From: Lama glama
Taxonomy: Eukaryota
Reading direction: 5' to 3'
NCBI GenBank assembly: GCA_028534125.1
Contig: CM052821.1
Location: forward strand, 31,186,001 to 31,250,000
DNA length: 64,000 bases
Part shown: piece after piece, positions 1 through 13,469 of the stretch
How the letters are laid out: each line of letters begins with the position of its first letter
Numbering within the stretch: the first letter of the stretch is position 1
The notes under the pieces: model-generated
What the model saw: the letters and a program-made list of their open reading frames with translations, nothing else
The model's database searches: none
What the model was told of the DNA's origin: nothing
Position numbers and translations under genes: made by a program

Positions 1-639
1 CTGCCCTTCTGTGCCCTTCTTTTCTTTCTGTTTCTGTAGAAGCCCAGGTGGCTGTTGGTGAACTCAGGGGCTCGATCGATGCTTCTGTAAGGAAGCTTTG
101 CCTAAAACTCAACATCCTCTTTCTATACCTTTGCTGCCCTTTTTTTTTTTTTTCTTGCTGTTTTGCCTAAAACTCAACATCCTCTTTCTGTAGCTTCTGT
201 GCATGTCACTTGCCTCTTGCTTTTCAGGGGCATTCACTGATCTGTGAGTGTCACAGTGAAGAATGTGGAGCAGATGCCTTTTGTACACAAATGTCTACAA
301 AGTGGAGCAACTCAGTTGCCTTCCCAGGGGGCACCTCTGAACAACTGGCCTATCTGCAAAAGTGGTTGATCTGCACATGGCAGAGTGTTCTGTGTTAGTG
401 TCGCCCATTTTAAGCAGTGGGTTTTGAAAGGGCAGTACTACCCTGAGCAGGACTGTTTGGAAACAGAACACCACAAGAAGAGAGAGGCAGTTTCAAAGTT
501 TAGGCCCTGCCTTGTGGTTCGCCCAGTTTGTTTAATTCAGACTCTTTACTCCTGTTAATTTTATTGATCCTCTCACTTGGGACCACAACTACCGTATGGG
601 AAGATTCCAGATTTATGAGAAGCATGGGGAAAAGGAACA

Positions 640-1500
640 TTGTATACATAAATTGGGAGTACTTCTGGTTTCCAGGCTGTCAAATAAAGAACTTGGAAGT
701 CTTCACTCCCATCCATACAATAAGAACAAAACTGAAAAACTGGGAATCGACAATTCTTAGATCCTTCAGAGAATTGAGGTCACAGGGCAAACCGCTGTCC
801 GCAAAGTTGGACAGACAGATGGATACAGAGAATTACAGATTGCCAGGAGCAGAAGGCTTTTCAGAAACCAATACCAGAGAAGGAAAACCTAAACTATAAT
901 TGACAAATTTCCAGAGGCTCTGTGTGGACAAGTTTGAGAATTAAAAACTCCTAAGAGGCCCACATTCCTATCAGCTTTACCTCCAGGAGCCCCGTCAGGT
1001 ACCCGCTGTGAGGAGGAGGATGGGGAGACCCTCTCCTGCTTCCTGCAGGGGGAGGACAAAAGTCGCCCTCTTGAAGTACTCCCAGAGCCCTGCATGCTCC
1101 TTAACGAGACTTGCCCTCAAGGGAAACTATTTTATCATAGCCTGACCCACTGGAGTTTCACGAAGTGCCTAATGACATGGAGAAGGGAGATGCGCAACTC
1201 AGAGTCTGAAATGAATGAAAGACTGAGACCTAATCGTAGGACTTTAGAATGCTTCCCCTCCCCCCACGCCTTATCAACCCATCAGTAATGCTCCTGGATA
1301 ATAACAAGAGATTACAGCTAGAAGGATTGCAAGCCCTAATTAAGAAATCTCTAGGAAAACTCAGAGACAATTAGGGTGACTAAAACAAGGACACGAGAGG
1401 AAATTTCAGCCTCTGACACCACAGTTAATGGCATAAACACAGCTTAACTTGAAGCCAGATCAGCATAAAACCTCACACCAAATACTTATCTACATAAACC
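640..1500 (+). mobile_element. Old LINE-1 5' region (L1MC/L1M4-type 5' end), decayed
   Basis: Stretches such as gagattacagctagaaggattgcaagcc...aaaacaaggacacgagaggaaatttcagcctctgacacc resemble recalled L1MC/L1M4 5'-end consensus; no intact ORF. Confidence 0.55.
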
Positions 1501-3129
1501 AGGAGAAATCTGTAATGACAGTATTCACTTAACCAGATGTAGCCTCTGCTCACATAGCAGAATGTTCTAGATTCTCTGCTTAGAAAGGAAACAAAGGACA
1601 GAGAGACAGTCATATGGATTTGGGATTTAGGGAGGAGAGAAAAGTCACCTTCTTTTCTGCAAACTCTACCTTCTTTAAACTTGACAGCTGTCATTTAGCC
1701 ACAGGCAGTTATTTACCTGCGGTCCTTGCCATCCTGTGAAATACACTTCAGCTGATATTTTAGAGATTACAGAAGCCAGTGGGTTTACTTGTTGCAAGTC
1801 ATCAAGATTTCTATGGAAGTTTTATAGTTGATTATAGTAATGAGTTAGTTAATTAATGCTGAATATTTTTAGTGATAACTTTATCTTGACAACTCTTACA
1901 TGTTTGAGTGTCTCTTCAGCCTCTTTGTCCAACCTGCTTGCCAATGTGTGGGTGGATGGGAAAAAAAAAAAAGATCCTGAGAATCAAGGACATCTAGTCC
2001 TGATTTTACCAGACATTTGTTGTATAATCAACAGGAGTCCTTTCTGGGGCTCAGTTTTCCCATCTCTAAAAGCCGGATCTAGTAAAGTAGTAAGATGTCG
2101 AATCAATGCAGTTATTAGTGTCTGTAAGTTTGTAAGCATATATGTACATGATATGTTGGGAGTAAAAAAAATACTGAGATTAAACATAATTCAGTTGTTA
2201 TTTAATGTCAGTCCTCAGAAAGTATGAATATTTTCATAGAAATTATGAGTTTCTCTTAAGTTTCACTTTATTTTTCTGATTTTTACACCTTCTCCTCATG
2301 CAGTACTTCATTCTATATCCTTTTGTAACTCTCTCCAGAGCTCCACTTATGTTCTGAAGGTGTTTGGGGAGAAATAGAGTTTTGAGATTTGCAAACATCT
2401 TTGAGGCGTGCTAGTCAGCTTAAATTTGGCTGTATGTGGATTTTCTCTAAAAGGAAACCAAATAAAATACTCTTGACATGGCAAACAAACAGCCATCCTG
2501 AGGGCAATATTTTTAGGAGCTAAGTGTAAATGAATAAAAAAGTCCATGGTGATTTGTTTTCCCTGAAACACAAAAGAAGCTAAAAAATAAACATCTCATT
2601 CCAAACGCAATTTGGATCTTATTGAATTGAAAACAATTGTGCAAAGTATTGGTGCCATTTGAGGATCACATTAGGCAGTTGGATCCCACATCTGCCTAAA
2701 ACTCTTACCACTTATATGTAACACACAATTACTGGTTTGCTGAGCAAGAATAAATCATTCCAGTGATCCAGGAGAGGACAGAACTGGAAAAACACAGAAT
2801 TAGTCACCTCTCCCCAGGCACACTCATGAAGGCAGACCTGTGAGAGGGAAGACACCCTCTCTTGGTCCCTGCTGTTCATGTGTTAATGGGAGGAGGTAGA
2901 TGTAGAGCCCCACATGTGGGCTGGTATCCAGAACCTGAGATGAGTTCCATACACAACTGATGGACTTGATTAAAATGAAGGAAATGGATCAATGCCAGGA
3001 CTATTCATGTCTTCAAAATAATGTGGGTAGAAATACAAGTTCCAACAGGGCTATGAACAATGAATCAAGTGTTAAAGTAATCAGTCTGCTAATGGATTTG
3101 TCCACTACACCCACTCTTTGGGTCAGCAG

Positions 3130-3300
3130 AGCACAGATGTTAAGAAAGTGGGTTCTGGAGTCAAATGGTAAATTCCTAAGTCTCTCTGCCTCAGGGTCCT
3201 TGATCAAGATGATGATGGTACCCAACCCACTGGGTTGTTCTAAACATTAAAAGAGAAAATCTAAGCAATACGAAGCACCTAAACTTGTGTCCTGCCCATG
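3130..3300 (+). mobile_element. MIR SINE fragment
   Basis: ttctggagtcaaa...tctctctgcctcag...gggttgttc...attaaaagaga, MIR core. Confidence 0.65.
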
Positions 3301-3487
3301 GGAGTTATTGTTGCACATTCCCCTCTTTTTCTCTATTCTATCCCCAAAATTCCTAGGTACCCTTCTTCCCTCTTTGCAACCTCATCTGGCCTTAGGATAC
3401 TATCTGATAGCCTATGCTCTAAGCATATCCCAACTAAAGCCCCTTCATACCTTCCTCAGTTCAACTTTATAAAGACTTTGCTAGAAT

Positions 3488-3635
3488 AGCAATTTCAACT
3501 CTAATTTGCATATGGGGGTTCCTGGGGAATCTAGATAAAATGCAGATTCTTATTCAGTAGATTTGACTGTATCCCTGGGACATTCTGCCTTTCTAACAGG
3601 CTCTGATGCTTTGGGTCTGTGGGCCACACTGAATC
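3488..3635. mobile_element. MER5-type hAT-Charlie MITE
   Basis: aaaatgcagattcttattcagtag...ttctgcctttctaacagg...gggccacact. Confidence 0.65.
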
Positions 3636-4064
3636 TCAAGTCACTAGGGGATCTAAATTAACCAGCATTTTCTTTTTCTGAGCCATGTGAGTGATTGAGT
3701 TCTTTAGTTGGCTACTAATAGTCTTACAAGTATTAGATCCTCCTTCGCTTATGGAATCCAGTTACCAGATAGATTCCTCACATGGCTGCATTTCTTCGTA
3801 CGCAAAATTTAAAGTTAATTCAAACTAAGGAATTTGTGAGGAATGATACCTTAATGTGTGACCTAGTCAGTGAGTAATTTTATGTCTCAAGAAGCTTGGT
3901 CCAAGGATAAAATGTGAGGTTGATAATTTGGGGGCTACATGTGTAGGGGAAAAGATACTTTGTTAGCCGTCCTGAAATTACTAGGCAGGTATTACAGCAT
4001 CAAGCCGTCCAACAGTGGTTGGGCAAAATGAATGATGAACACAGACAAATGTTTTTTTTCCATT

Positions 4065-4520
4065 AGTTTTGGGTAGAATAATGTCCACCCCCTGAAATTC
4101 ATGTCTACCCAGAACCTTAGAAATAGAATCTTTGCAGATGTAATTAGTTAAAGCGAGGCCACACTGGATTAGAGTGGGCCCTAGCCCAGTCACTGTTGTC
4201 TTTATAAGAAGTGACACAGAGGGACAGACACGGAGAGGAGTACATGATGATAAGACACACACAGAGAACCCACGTGACAGTGGAGGCAGAGACTGGAGTT
4301 GTGCTGCCATTAGCAAAGAAGGCCAATGATTGCAGTAACCACCAGAAGCTAGGAGAGAGGCAGGAACAGGTTCTTCCCTTGAGGCCACAAGAAGAAACGA
4401 ACCCTGCAGATACCTGCATTTTGGACTTCTGGCCTCATGAAGAGAATAAAGAATAAACTTCTGTCATTTAAGCCATCCCATTTATGGTCATTTGTACTTT
4501 GGCCTTAGGAAAGGAAAACA
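4065..4520 (+). mobile_element. MaLR solo LTR (MLT1C-like)
   Basis: tctttgcagatgtaattagttaa...ggattagagtgggccctag...ccaccagaagctaggagagaggca...aataaacttctgtcatttaagcca...aca end; flanks ccatt/ccatc consistent with a 5-bp TSD. Confidence 0.9.
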
Positions 4521-4905
4521 CCATCTATGAAGGGGCAAGATCAGCCCAGGTGCCACTTGAGCCCCTGGCACTCAGCTTTCACATCTGGCCAAATTGCCCA
4601 ACCACAGACCCCTCCATGTGGCTAAGTCTATGTTTAGGCAGGTAGCAAAGGGAGCCAGTGGCAGAGGGGGCAGTGAATGAAGCCTCCTAGGGACTATGCC
4701 CTCGGATATGAGCTGACAAAGGGTGATGAGAGTTGTTCAGGAGGCAAGGGAGAGTGCAGTGGGTGAACGGGATGGAAGTGGTCCAATCTGTCACTACTGT
4801 TTTAACCTCCTTGTAGGCTTTGTGCTTCTTGTCACTACTTTGGTACCAAGACTTAGCTCCTAGGCTTTCATAACCCCAGACAACTTGGAAACTTTTGCTT
4901 TGACT

Positions 4906-5045
4906 NNNNNNNNNNNNNNNNNNNNNNNNNNNNNNNNNNNNNNNNNNNNNNNNNNNNNNNNNNNNNNNNNNNNNNNNNNNNNNNNNNNNNNNNNNNNNNN
5001 NNNNNNNNNNNNNNNNNNNNNNNNNNNNNNNNNNNNNNNNNNNNN
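4906..5045. other. Assembly gap (140 N)
   Basis: Run of N. Confidence 0.99.
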
Positions 5046-6154
5046 AACAGAATGAGGGAAATGCCTAAAATTATTCTTTTCCCATTTCCAGCCCAGTGCA
5101 CTCATATCTTTATTCTACTACATAGTTTAATGCAGTACAATGCATTCAGAAAGCACCTTTTATCTACAGAAATTAAAACATCCTATTGAGGTACTCTAAA
5201 CACTTCTAATCTGCTAAGATTGGATGCAAATTACATCACCAAGTGCTTAAGGGGATTACCAAAATGAATATGTGCATCTGAGGACGTTCAAGTTCCATCC
5301 TCTGTCTAGTGTCGACAATAGCACCAGATTTGGGGTTGAAAGGACTTTCTGAGTTCACGAACTGCCAGTTACCAGGAACCTGAGAATACTTCTTAAAAAG
5401 TTTCTGAACCTCAGTTTGTTGTACAGAAAGAATTGACTACTGAGTTTGCAGAGACCACTTTATAACAGATTTATAAGTCATAATAGATCAGCTAACCCAT
5501 AAATCATTGACACTCATTGTCTGAATACACAGATGATGAAGAAAGAACTTCACATCATTTTCATCATATGTGAAACCATCCTCCTTTCTGTCAGAAGTTC
5601 CTCTTTCACTGTTTTTTTTTTTTCATGTAACCTGAGCTATATTTACAATGGCACCAGCCTGCCTCACTTTTTTTTTTTTTACCAAATATGGGCTGACTCA
5701 CAACATGTTCTGTATCTTTAATCTGGATTTAGTGCCATGTCTCAAGAGTTCTCTGCCCACCTTTTTATCTAACCATTTAGACAATCAGAAAAATTATGCA
5801 CTTTAGTTCTGGAAGCTTCCGGTGTTGCTGGCGTTTGGACTGCAGCTTCAGCCTTCCCTGGTGATTCAGATTCACCTGCCTCAACTATCATTATGTAGAA
5901 CAATAGAAAACAACAAAATATTTTGATTGTCATACAGGTAAAATGAGATATTATATTTGAATATCCATTTTAAAATTCTAAAGCTCTCTAAGTGTATTAA
6001 AAATTAAATGCTGTTTTTTTTCATTCAGTAAGAACTTTTTGAGCAAGGCAGCCTGCCTGTGTTCTCCTATGTCACACTTTTCAACTTTCTAGCTTATTTC
6101 TATCCCTTCAGTTGTATGGGAGGCTGTATATCCTGAGGGTAATGAGGATGTCTC

Positions 6155-6960
6155 TATGTATTCCTTTAACAAATATTTCCTGGGCACCTATTACATAACC
6201 AGTACTCTTCTAGGCACGGGCGTAGCACACAGGTAAACAAGTAAGTCAGAACTCCTGCCCTCATGGAACCTGTATTTTAGCAGTGGAGACCAATGATAAA
6301 CAAGTAAACAAACTAATATAACCATTCCAAACAGGTTTCATACGATGAAGATGAGAAACAGAAACAAATGAATGAGGAAGGAGAAACTCTAGATGGTCAA
6401 TCTGAGATGGCATCTCTGAAGAGGGCCATTTAAGCTAATGCCAAAGTGTAAGAAAGATACCCGTATAAGTCCCAAAGGGAAGAGTGTTCTAGAAAGAGAG
6501 ATTTACCTGTGGCGTGAAATAGCACCTAAACAGAGAGATGGGCAGCTACAGTGAGGAGAGCTGGGGAAAGAAGCTCATGGGGAGGAAGGAGAGGGGTCAA
6601 GGGTCAGATCCTACAGGACCCTGCAGGGGCTATGTGTCTGCGTTTTATTCCAAAATTGACGGCAAACCATCAAAGAAAATTAAGCACAAGTGTGACATAA
6701 TTTGGTTTCTATGTCAGTAAGATAACTCAGAGTTCTGTGAAGAAAATGAGCTGGAAGGGGACAAGAATGAAAACAGGGAAACAGTTAAGGAACTCTTGCA
6801 GTGCTCCAGGCAAAAGGTGCTGTTGGCCTGTATTTACACACAATAGCAGAGGAAAATGGAGAAAAGCAGATACAATAGAGATATTTTGGAATTACACTGA
6901 ACAAGGCTCCCTTAGGGATTAGATGGTGGTGGAAGTAGGGATGAAGAGAGGGAAGAATTA
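6155..6960 (-). mobile_element. LINE-2 (L2) 3' fragment
   Basis: attcctttaacaaatatttcctgggcacctatt...ctgccctcatggaac..., reverse complement of the L2 3' end plus adjoining body. Confidence 0.8.
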
Positions 6961-6964
6961 TGAC

Positions 6965-7040
6965 TTGTCTATTTCCATGTCCCCAGCCCTTAGCACAATG
7001 CCTACCTAGCATATAATAGATGCTCAGTAAACATATTTAG
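6965..7040 (+). mobile_element. L2 3' terminus
   Basis: cccttagcacaatgcct...tagatgctcagtaaacatattt. Confidence 0.65.
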
Positions 7041-7109
7041 GATTTGATTTTTTCCTCCATAAAAACAAAATCTCCCAAATTGATGATCAGGGAAACAACA
7101 AATGAATAT

Positions 7110-7170
7110 AGTAAGTAAGTAAGTAAGTAAGTAAGTAAATAAATAAATAAATAAATAAGCAAGTAAATAA
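7110..7170 (+). repeat. (GTAA)n/(ATAA)n compound microsatellite
   Basis: Directly visible. Confidence 0.95.
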
Positions 7171-8619
7171 AATGAGACTGTAGAGGATAAATAAAGGAGG
7201 AAAACAGAGACAAAGATTTCCTTCCAGTGAAGCTGGGTAATGACTTTACTGTCAGTGGATCAAGGTTAAAATCTTCTCTGTCTCTCCCTCCAGGCAGCTT
7301 TCCAATAAATGTCTAAACACATCCCAGGCCAGCAGAGGCAGAATTGAATATTACGTGGTGAATAAGGGATGGGGCTGTATATAGAAAAGACATTTTTAAA
7401 GTTATCTTGTGATTTAGGAAATAATTTTTCATCATTTCCTTGGCTGACTTTGAAAAGAGAGCTTAAGAATAAGGAAAAGACTATAAAGCACATAGTCTAA
7501 AAATGATTGAACCAAGCAATTCTGTCTTGGTACATCAATTCGGATGTTACAGAGGCACTTGTTAGCATTCTGTTTTAGCATTAATATTGCATACATGCAC
7601 AGACACGTTCCTTTTCAATAAGACCTCTGGGGGGAGAAAAAAACCCTGAGGTAGACAACATAATCCTTGCAAAGATTTTAAATAGGAAGCACAAATATTC
7701 CCACACTTGAGACTGGTGAGATTTGAAAAAAAATAGATGAGAATTATACATATTAAATACTAATGTAAGTGATTGCAGACACCCATACATTAATTGGCAC
7801 CCGTGGTTTAATTCAGGACATTTTAGGAATTCTGACAGCCTTAGAAAGGGGTTTCAGACGTCTATATTTGTCCACAGTCTTTCTTCCAAGATTCAGTTTA
7901 TGGGCCATTTTTAAAAAATCCCATTGGTTTCTTATATAGTTTGAGTAGTGCCTTCTAAATTCCCTCTAAGTGAACTTAAAAATAAAGTGCACTTGCCTTT
8001 ATGCTAATACCATTTGGGGTCTTAAAATGGTGTTCACAACTTTAGTCCTATTCTTTATACTCTGGCTCCTGTATGTGATGGATGGATAGGCTTTGCTTTG
8101 GGAATGGACCCCTTATACACATCTCAGTTCTCCTGAATTAGAACAGTGATGCTCATGGGTTTGGTTTATTCTCTGTCTCCGTAGCTCCTTCACTGCCCTT
8201 TCAGCCAAATATTATCTGAAGTATCCATAGCTTCAAAAAAAAATTATGTTTATTAAGGGGTGACCCAGCTATTGCAAGGATAAAAGGAAATAACAATGGC
8301 TTTTTAAAGGGACAGAAAGAACACTTCTAAAGCATTGGCAAGTAGCCTCAATAAACACTGAGTTAGAGGCTAGAAGGTCTTTGGGAGGGCCTCTCACATT
8401 AGGTATCTGATTTCCAGTTCTCTTTATGCTGTGGTCAGCTCTGAAACTAGGATCTTCTTCAGAGGTGCCCTGAGTGCATAGATGAGCACATTTTGAGAAC
8501 AGTTTACTCAGTGGGATCTGTACATAAAAGACCACCCATGTTTACTCATAGCAAGATTCATAAAAAAGCACCATTCTTCTTTTACTTCGCAACTGCTTTC
8601 TCTTCCCCAGCCTGGAGTG

Positions 8620-8930
8620 ATAGGACTGAAGATTTTATAAAATCCCTGTATTTGATGGAAAGTCCATTGCAGAGATTCCATTTATTTTTCAAGTCTTTTC
8701 TGACCCCCTACCCCCTCCTCCAGTAGAATTAATGGTTTCTCCCTTTGGATCATTTGGTACCTGTACCTATTCTTCTACTTACGCCTACAACACAATACTT
8801 TATTGCACTTAATCATATACTGTGTTGTCTCTTCCCCACTAGTCTCCTTAACAGAAGGGACTGAGCTTCATTTGTATTTTTATCCCCAAATGCAAGATGT
8901 AGGTGCTATTTCAGTGTCCCACTTAAATGA
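8620..8930 (+). mobile_element. L2 3' fragment
   Basis: gtctcttccccactag...gggactgagcttcatttgtatttttatcccca. Confidence 0.6.
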
Positions 8931-10164
8931 AAGGATCAGGAAAGATTATCCACTGCATTAAATCCTGTTAAATCCTGCTCCCTCAGAGCCCTATAAACTA
9001 GGGATTCACAAAGTAGAAGGAGACATTCAAACACATCCATTCTTCCCTGTTCCAGATCATCAAGAGGAGTGTGGAAGGTTTTATGGGACCACACATAACA
9101 TACAACACTTTTATCTATCCCTGGTTGTCCTAGCAGTGAAGATAAAAGCAGAAATGTAGGAGGTCCTGACCCCTACATGCTGAGTTTGGGGCAGTCTGCT
9201 TCTGGCTTGAGAGAACCACTGTTGAAACTCCTCCACAAGGTCAACCCACCTTAAGGCCCTGTGGGAGTGACTGCTTGTTTCCTTACTGCTGCTCTCAGTT
9301 AATACCTTATCTTAGCATCCCTACCTCTGCAGCTACAGAGAAGCTGGTGGCTTTCATTTATCTTAAATGAACTTTCTTCAGTTCAACCAATGGCTGTTCA
9401 TGAATTTTAAGCAGCCTACTCAGAAACCCAGAAGTCAATGCCATCATTTCAAAAGAACAGTCTTAGTCCATTTGACTCCTTATCCTTGAATGTCCAACCC
9501 TTGAAAATACAGCATGTAAAACTTCACTTCAGAATAATTTATTGGATTACCAGGGCTACTAACATAATCGTCTAATCTAATCAGAATTACAGTCTCTGGT
9601 CAGTAGCAAAGTGGCCCTTCAGAAATGAGTTTTCTGGTATAACTGGAAATGATACCTAATATATGTTTGGTGAATGAATGAATGAATGAATGAACTAACG
9701 AATGGCATCTGAACTCAGTTTTCACTCTTTCACGCACTGGTCTGCATAATCACTTCCCTTAAGATCGTGTGCTATGTACCCAGCATCACAATCTGATTTT
9801 AATTCTAGAAGACAAGAGATGTAAAGAAGAAACTGGACTGCTGGTGTCACAAAAAAGGCATCAGAAAAGTTTTAGATGACTCCCAAAAGGTGATTTTTTG
9901 AAGTTACTATTTTTTAATCAACAGAAGAGTTGAAGAAGTTTTTCAGCCCTTCAAAAGAGTAAGTATTGATAGGTTTACAGTGCCTGTCCCATAGGGATAT
10001 CAGAGTACATTTGAAGAAAGTTGTAACACCAGATATTTTTTAGATACTGTATATCTTTCTCTATAATTTCAGAAGATGTCATTATGAGAAACCTCTGAGT
10101 GATTCCTGAACAGGTCACTTCACTCATGGTGCCATCTGCATCTTTTGTCACTCATGTGACTAAT

Positions 10165-10245
10165 TCCTCCTTCCCTTTCTTTCTTTCTCTTTTTCTTCTT
10201 CCTTCCTTTCTCCTCTTCTCCTTTCCTTTCTTCTTCCTTCCTTCT
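10165..10245 (+). repeat. CT-rich low-complexity tract
   Basis: Directly visible polypyrimidine tract. Confidence 0.9.
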
Positions 10246-10254
10246 TGTTAGTTG

Positions 10255-10450
10255 CTACACTTAGATATATTCATAAACATTATCTTATATATCTCACAAC
10301 AATGAAATGTAAGTATTACTGTAATTATTTTTACAATTTGGGAATCAGAGTCTTGGAGACATTAAATAACTTGTTCTGGGTCACACAGTAGAACCAGTAT
10401 TCAAACCTAAGACTGAAAAGCTCCAAGGTCCATGATCAGTCCATTTTATC
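10255..10450 (-). mobile_element. MIR SINE
   Basis: tctcacaacaat...attttttaca...attaaataacttgttctgggtcacacag...attcaaaccta. Confidence 0.75.
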
Positions 10451-10999
10451 AGTTTGTTTCTGATATTTAAAAAGAAGTGATTGTTGAAAAATAGTAACGT
10501 GTTTTAGAGGTTATTAAAAGCTAATTTAAAAGCTAATGAAAGAGAAGAAAAAAATTGGAAAATATAAGATAAATCAGAAACACAGCATATTTTTATAGCC
10601 CTGAGCAAGAGGAAGAGAAAAACAGAATTAACAAGGATTAAATGTTATTTTCTTCAAGACTCTTCTTGATGTATTATAAAACTTGATCATGTTGTCCTTA
10701 AAAGCCATAATATAATTATCTGGATGCAATCATTTGACAATGAAATGCAATTCTTTAAGTTTACTTTGATATTCAAAGACAGCAATGATGGCCTCCAGGG
10801 ACAAAGAATAAAAATACTGATGGAGACACATGTGAAAGGATGTCATTTACAGAGAAGCCCAAAATATTTTACTGCTGGTTTATCTGCTCACTCTTTATCA
10901 GTTAGCCTAGGTTCCTCTAAAGGTAAGAAATTGAATGTTTGGGTTTCTATTTAGGTATTTCCATTGGTACCTACATTGGTCAAATGACTGCATGCTCTT

Positions 11000-11790
11000 A
11001 GGATGGATTCCAAAATCCTTAACTAACTGACCTACAATGTGCTGCAGGATCTGGTTCTTTGAACTTCCAACCTCATCTCAACCACTCCCATCTGGCTGTC
11101 CATGCTCTTCCACCATTAGCCTTTATTTTTCCCAGAATACTGTGTCCATGCTGCTTCTGTTTCAGGATCTTCACCTTTTTAGTACATTTCTTTTGTCCAT
11201 CCCCTCCCTCCATTCCCTGTCTCCCCTATCTTCTAAGCTCTTTTCACCCTTTTTTATTTTCCTTCATGTTTCCTTTTCTTAGAGAGCTTCCCTAGACAGC
11301 ACTGGCCAAGTGTGTCCCCCCACCCCAAGCTGAGAACTTTGCTAGTTCCCAACACTGTTCTAAATGCTTACTATGTACTATCTCTTTAATCTCTACAACA
11401 AACCTCGGAGGGAGGTTTTGCTACAGACCCATGGCATAGCTGGGGAAACTGAGGCACCGAGCAACTGGTCCACTGTCACAGGGCTGGTATGAGTAAGAAC
11501 AAGACTGGAGCCTCCTTTTTGGGTTCCAGAGTCCATCATTCTCTCAACCACTTGACTCAGCTGCCTCTTTTAGGAAACTCTATCTGCTCACTCTTAGCAT
11601 CCTTCTCCTTGAAGCACTTATCCTCATAGTTATTTGAGAAATTGTTTGCTTTTTGGCCATTTTTCCTACTATAACCTTTATCAGAGCAAGGTCTAATTCT
11701 CAGCCGTAGCCCCTACATCTAGCATTTGTGCCTGGAGCATAGGAGGTAGCTTATAAATGTTTGACAAGTAAATAAATAAATAGATGGTCA
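11000..11790 (+). mobile_element. L2 fragment interrupted by an antisense MIR (~11340-11560)
   Basis: L2 body, then tttaatctctacaacaaacc...ggggaaactgaggcac (MIR), then L2 3' end gtgcctggagcatagg...aaatgtttgac. Confidence 0.7.
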
Positions 11791-12669
11791 AATGGAGGGA
11801 CAGATGGACGGGCAGATGAATTACTTTGTTGGCTTATGTCTTTTAAAAATGGTGCCAGTGAATCTTGGATTTTAAGCTTTATACACAGACAATACCTCTG
11901 TCCCTGGGGTAGCAATGTTATCTTAGACAAAGAGTAGGGTATTTTGGATATTTTGATATTTAGGTCTTGATTCATCTTGATTTTATTTTTTCAATGGGAA
12001 GCACTGACGTTGTATGCCCCAGATCCAGGCAAACTTCTAGGAGGTCAACAATAAAATCGGGAGGAGACAGAGAAGGAGTAGGATAAAATGGTGTAGTATT
12101 TCTTAGCTAAAAGAGACCATGAAGATCACCACATTCAATTCCTTCATGTTACAGTAGTTGATGTAGTAATGATTCTTAGGTACCTGGGCCAGATTTATTC
12201 AACCATATCTTCACCTGTTTTCAGCATAGGCGATAGAATTCAAAAGTGCTCTGCCAGTGCCCTGCTGTCTGGTGTGCTCTGCTGCTGTCAGATAAAGATA
12301 AGAAAGGGGGCATTTTAGACTGTTCATATGACTCTGATACGACCCTTTCATACAGCTACAGAAGACTCAGTGACTGATAATGACTCCAGAAACATCACCT
12401 ACTAACCAAGTGTCTGAACTCTAACACAAATCAACAATCTGAAGGCATCAAGCCATTATTTCACAGAAGTATGAAGTTTGAACACAGGTTTCTAAAGAAA
12501 AAGCATTTTGCAAAAATATTCCATCTGAAAATAGTATGGCTATTTTTGTTAAGATTTAAGGCTGATTTCAAAGAAAAGACCTCTCTGGATATTTTTTCCT
12601 CATTTGGGTGTCTGACCTGCATAAAAATATAATTCCAGACCCAAAGTTTGCATAGAAAAATACTGCACG

Positions 12670-13030
12670 GAGCACAGGATTTGAAGCTAGGAAACTGTCC
12701 TCTTTCTATCTGTGACCTTGGGCAAGTCACTTAACCTCTCTGAGCCTCAATGTTCTCATCTGCAAAATGGAGCTAGTCCTTTGACAAACACCTGTATGGT
12801 GTTTTCTTTGGGTGAGGTTTACGAATGACATAGAAAACTACCATTTCTCAAGTGTGTACCATGTTTTCAATACCTTACCTATATTATGTCACTCTGTCAC
12901 AACAAACCCTGTGATGAAGACACTGGAATCACATCTTGGAGAGTTCAGCCACACAGTGAGTGGACAAGCCAGGATTCAAATCCAAGTCCAGTGACCCCAA
13001 ACCCTTACTCCTTGCACTCAGCTTCACATA
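12670..13030. mobile_element. Two MIR SINEs in opposite orientation (+ ~12670-12830; - ~12830-13030)
   Basis: ctgtgaccttgggcaagtcacttaacctctctgagcctca (canonical core), then gccacacagtgagtggacaagccaggattcaaatcca. Confidence 0.85.
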
Positions 13031-13469
13031 CTGGCTCACGTATGGGAAGGGACTTTGAAAACTGTGAAGGGCTAGCTGTGTGACTACTATTGTTTTTGTA
13101 TGTGGCCTTAATTGGGTTTATGCTCTCCTCCTAAATTCTCTTTTTGTTCATTGTTAGCTTGAAGAGGAATCCTTAGTGACTCCTTGGAAGAGAAAGACAA
13201 TGGAGCTTGTAGTACATTTTCGCCTGCTTGCCTGTCTTGTGGCTCTGCCCATTCTCCACATTTCCAAGGGGAGAAGAGTAGTCGTAATGGGTTCTCCAGA
13301 GACCCCACAGGCTGGGACAAGGAGCCAAGCCCTCCTTCTCTTTTGTTCTTCCCAAATATCAGAGTATCTTCAGACAAAGTTCCCTCATTTCCCAGCAAAA
13401 TCCTGTACTTCTGGGATCACTTATTCTCTTGAAGTTAATCTACCATTTAGGGTCTTAAATGTTTAAAGT

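Noticed and set aside
528-899. 123-aa ORF starting with a hydrophobic, signal-peptide-like segment
   Set aside because: Non-ATG start, runs into a decayed L1 5' region, and has no recognisable family.
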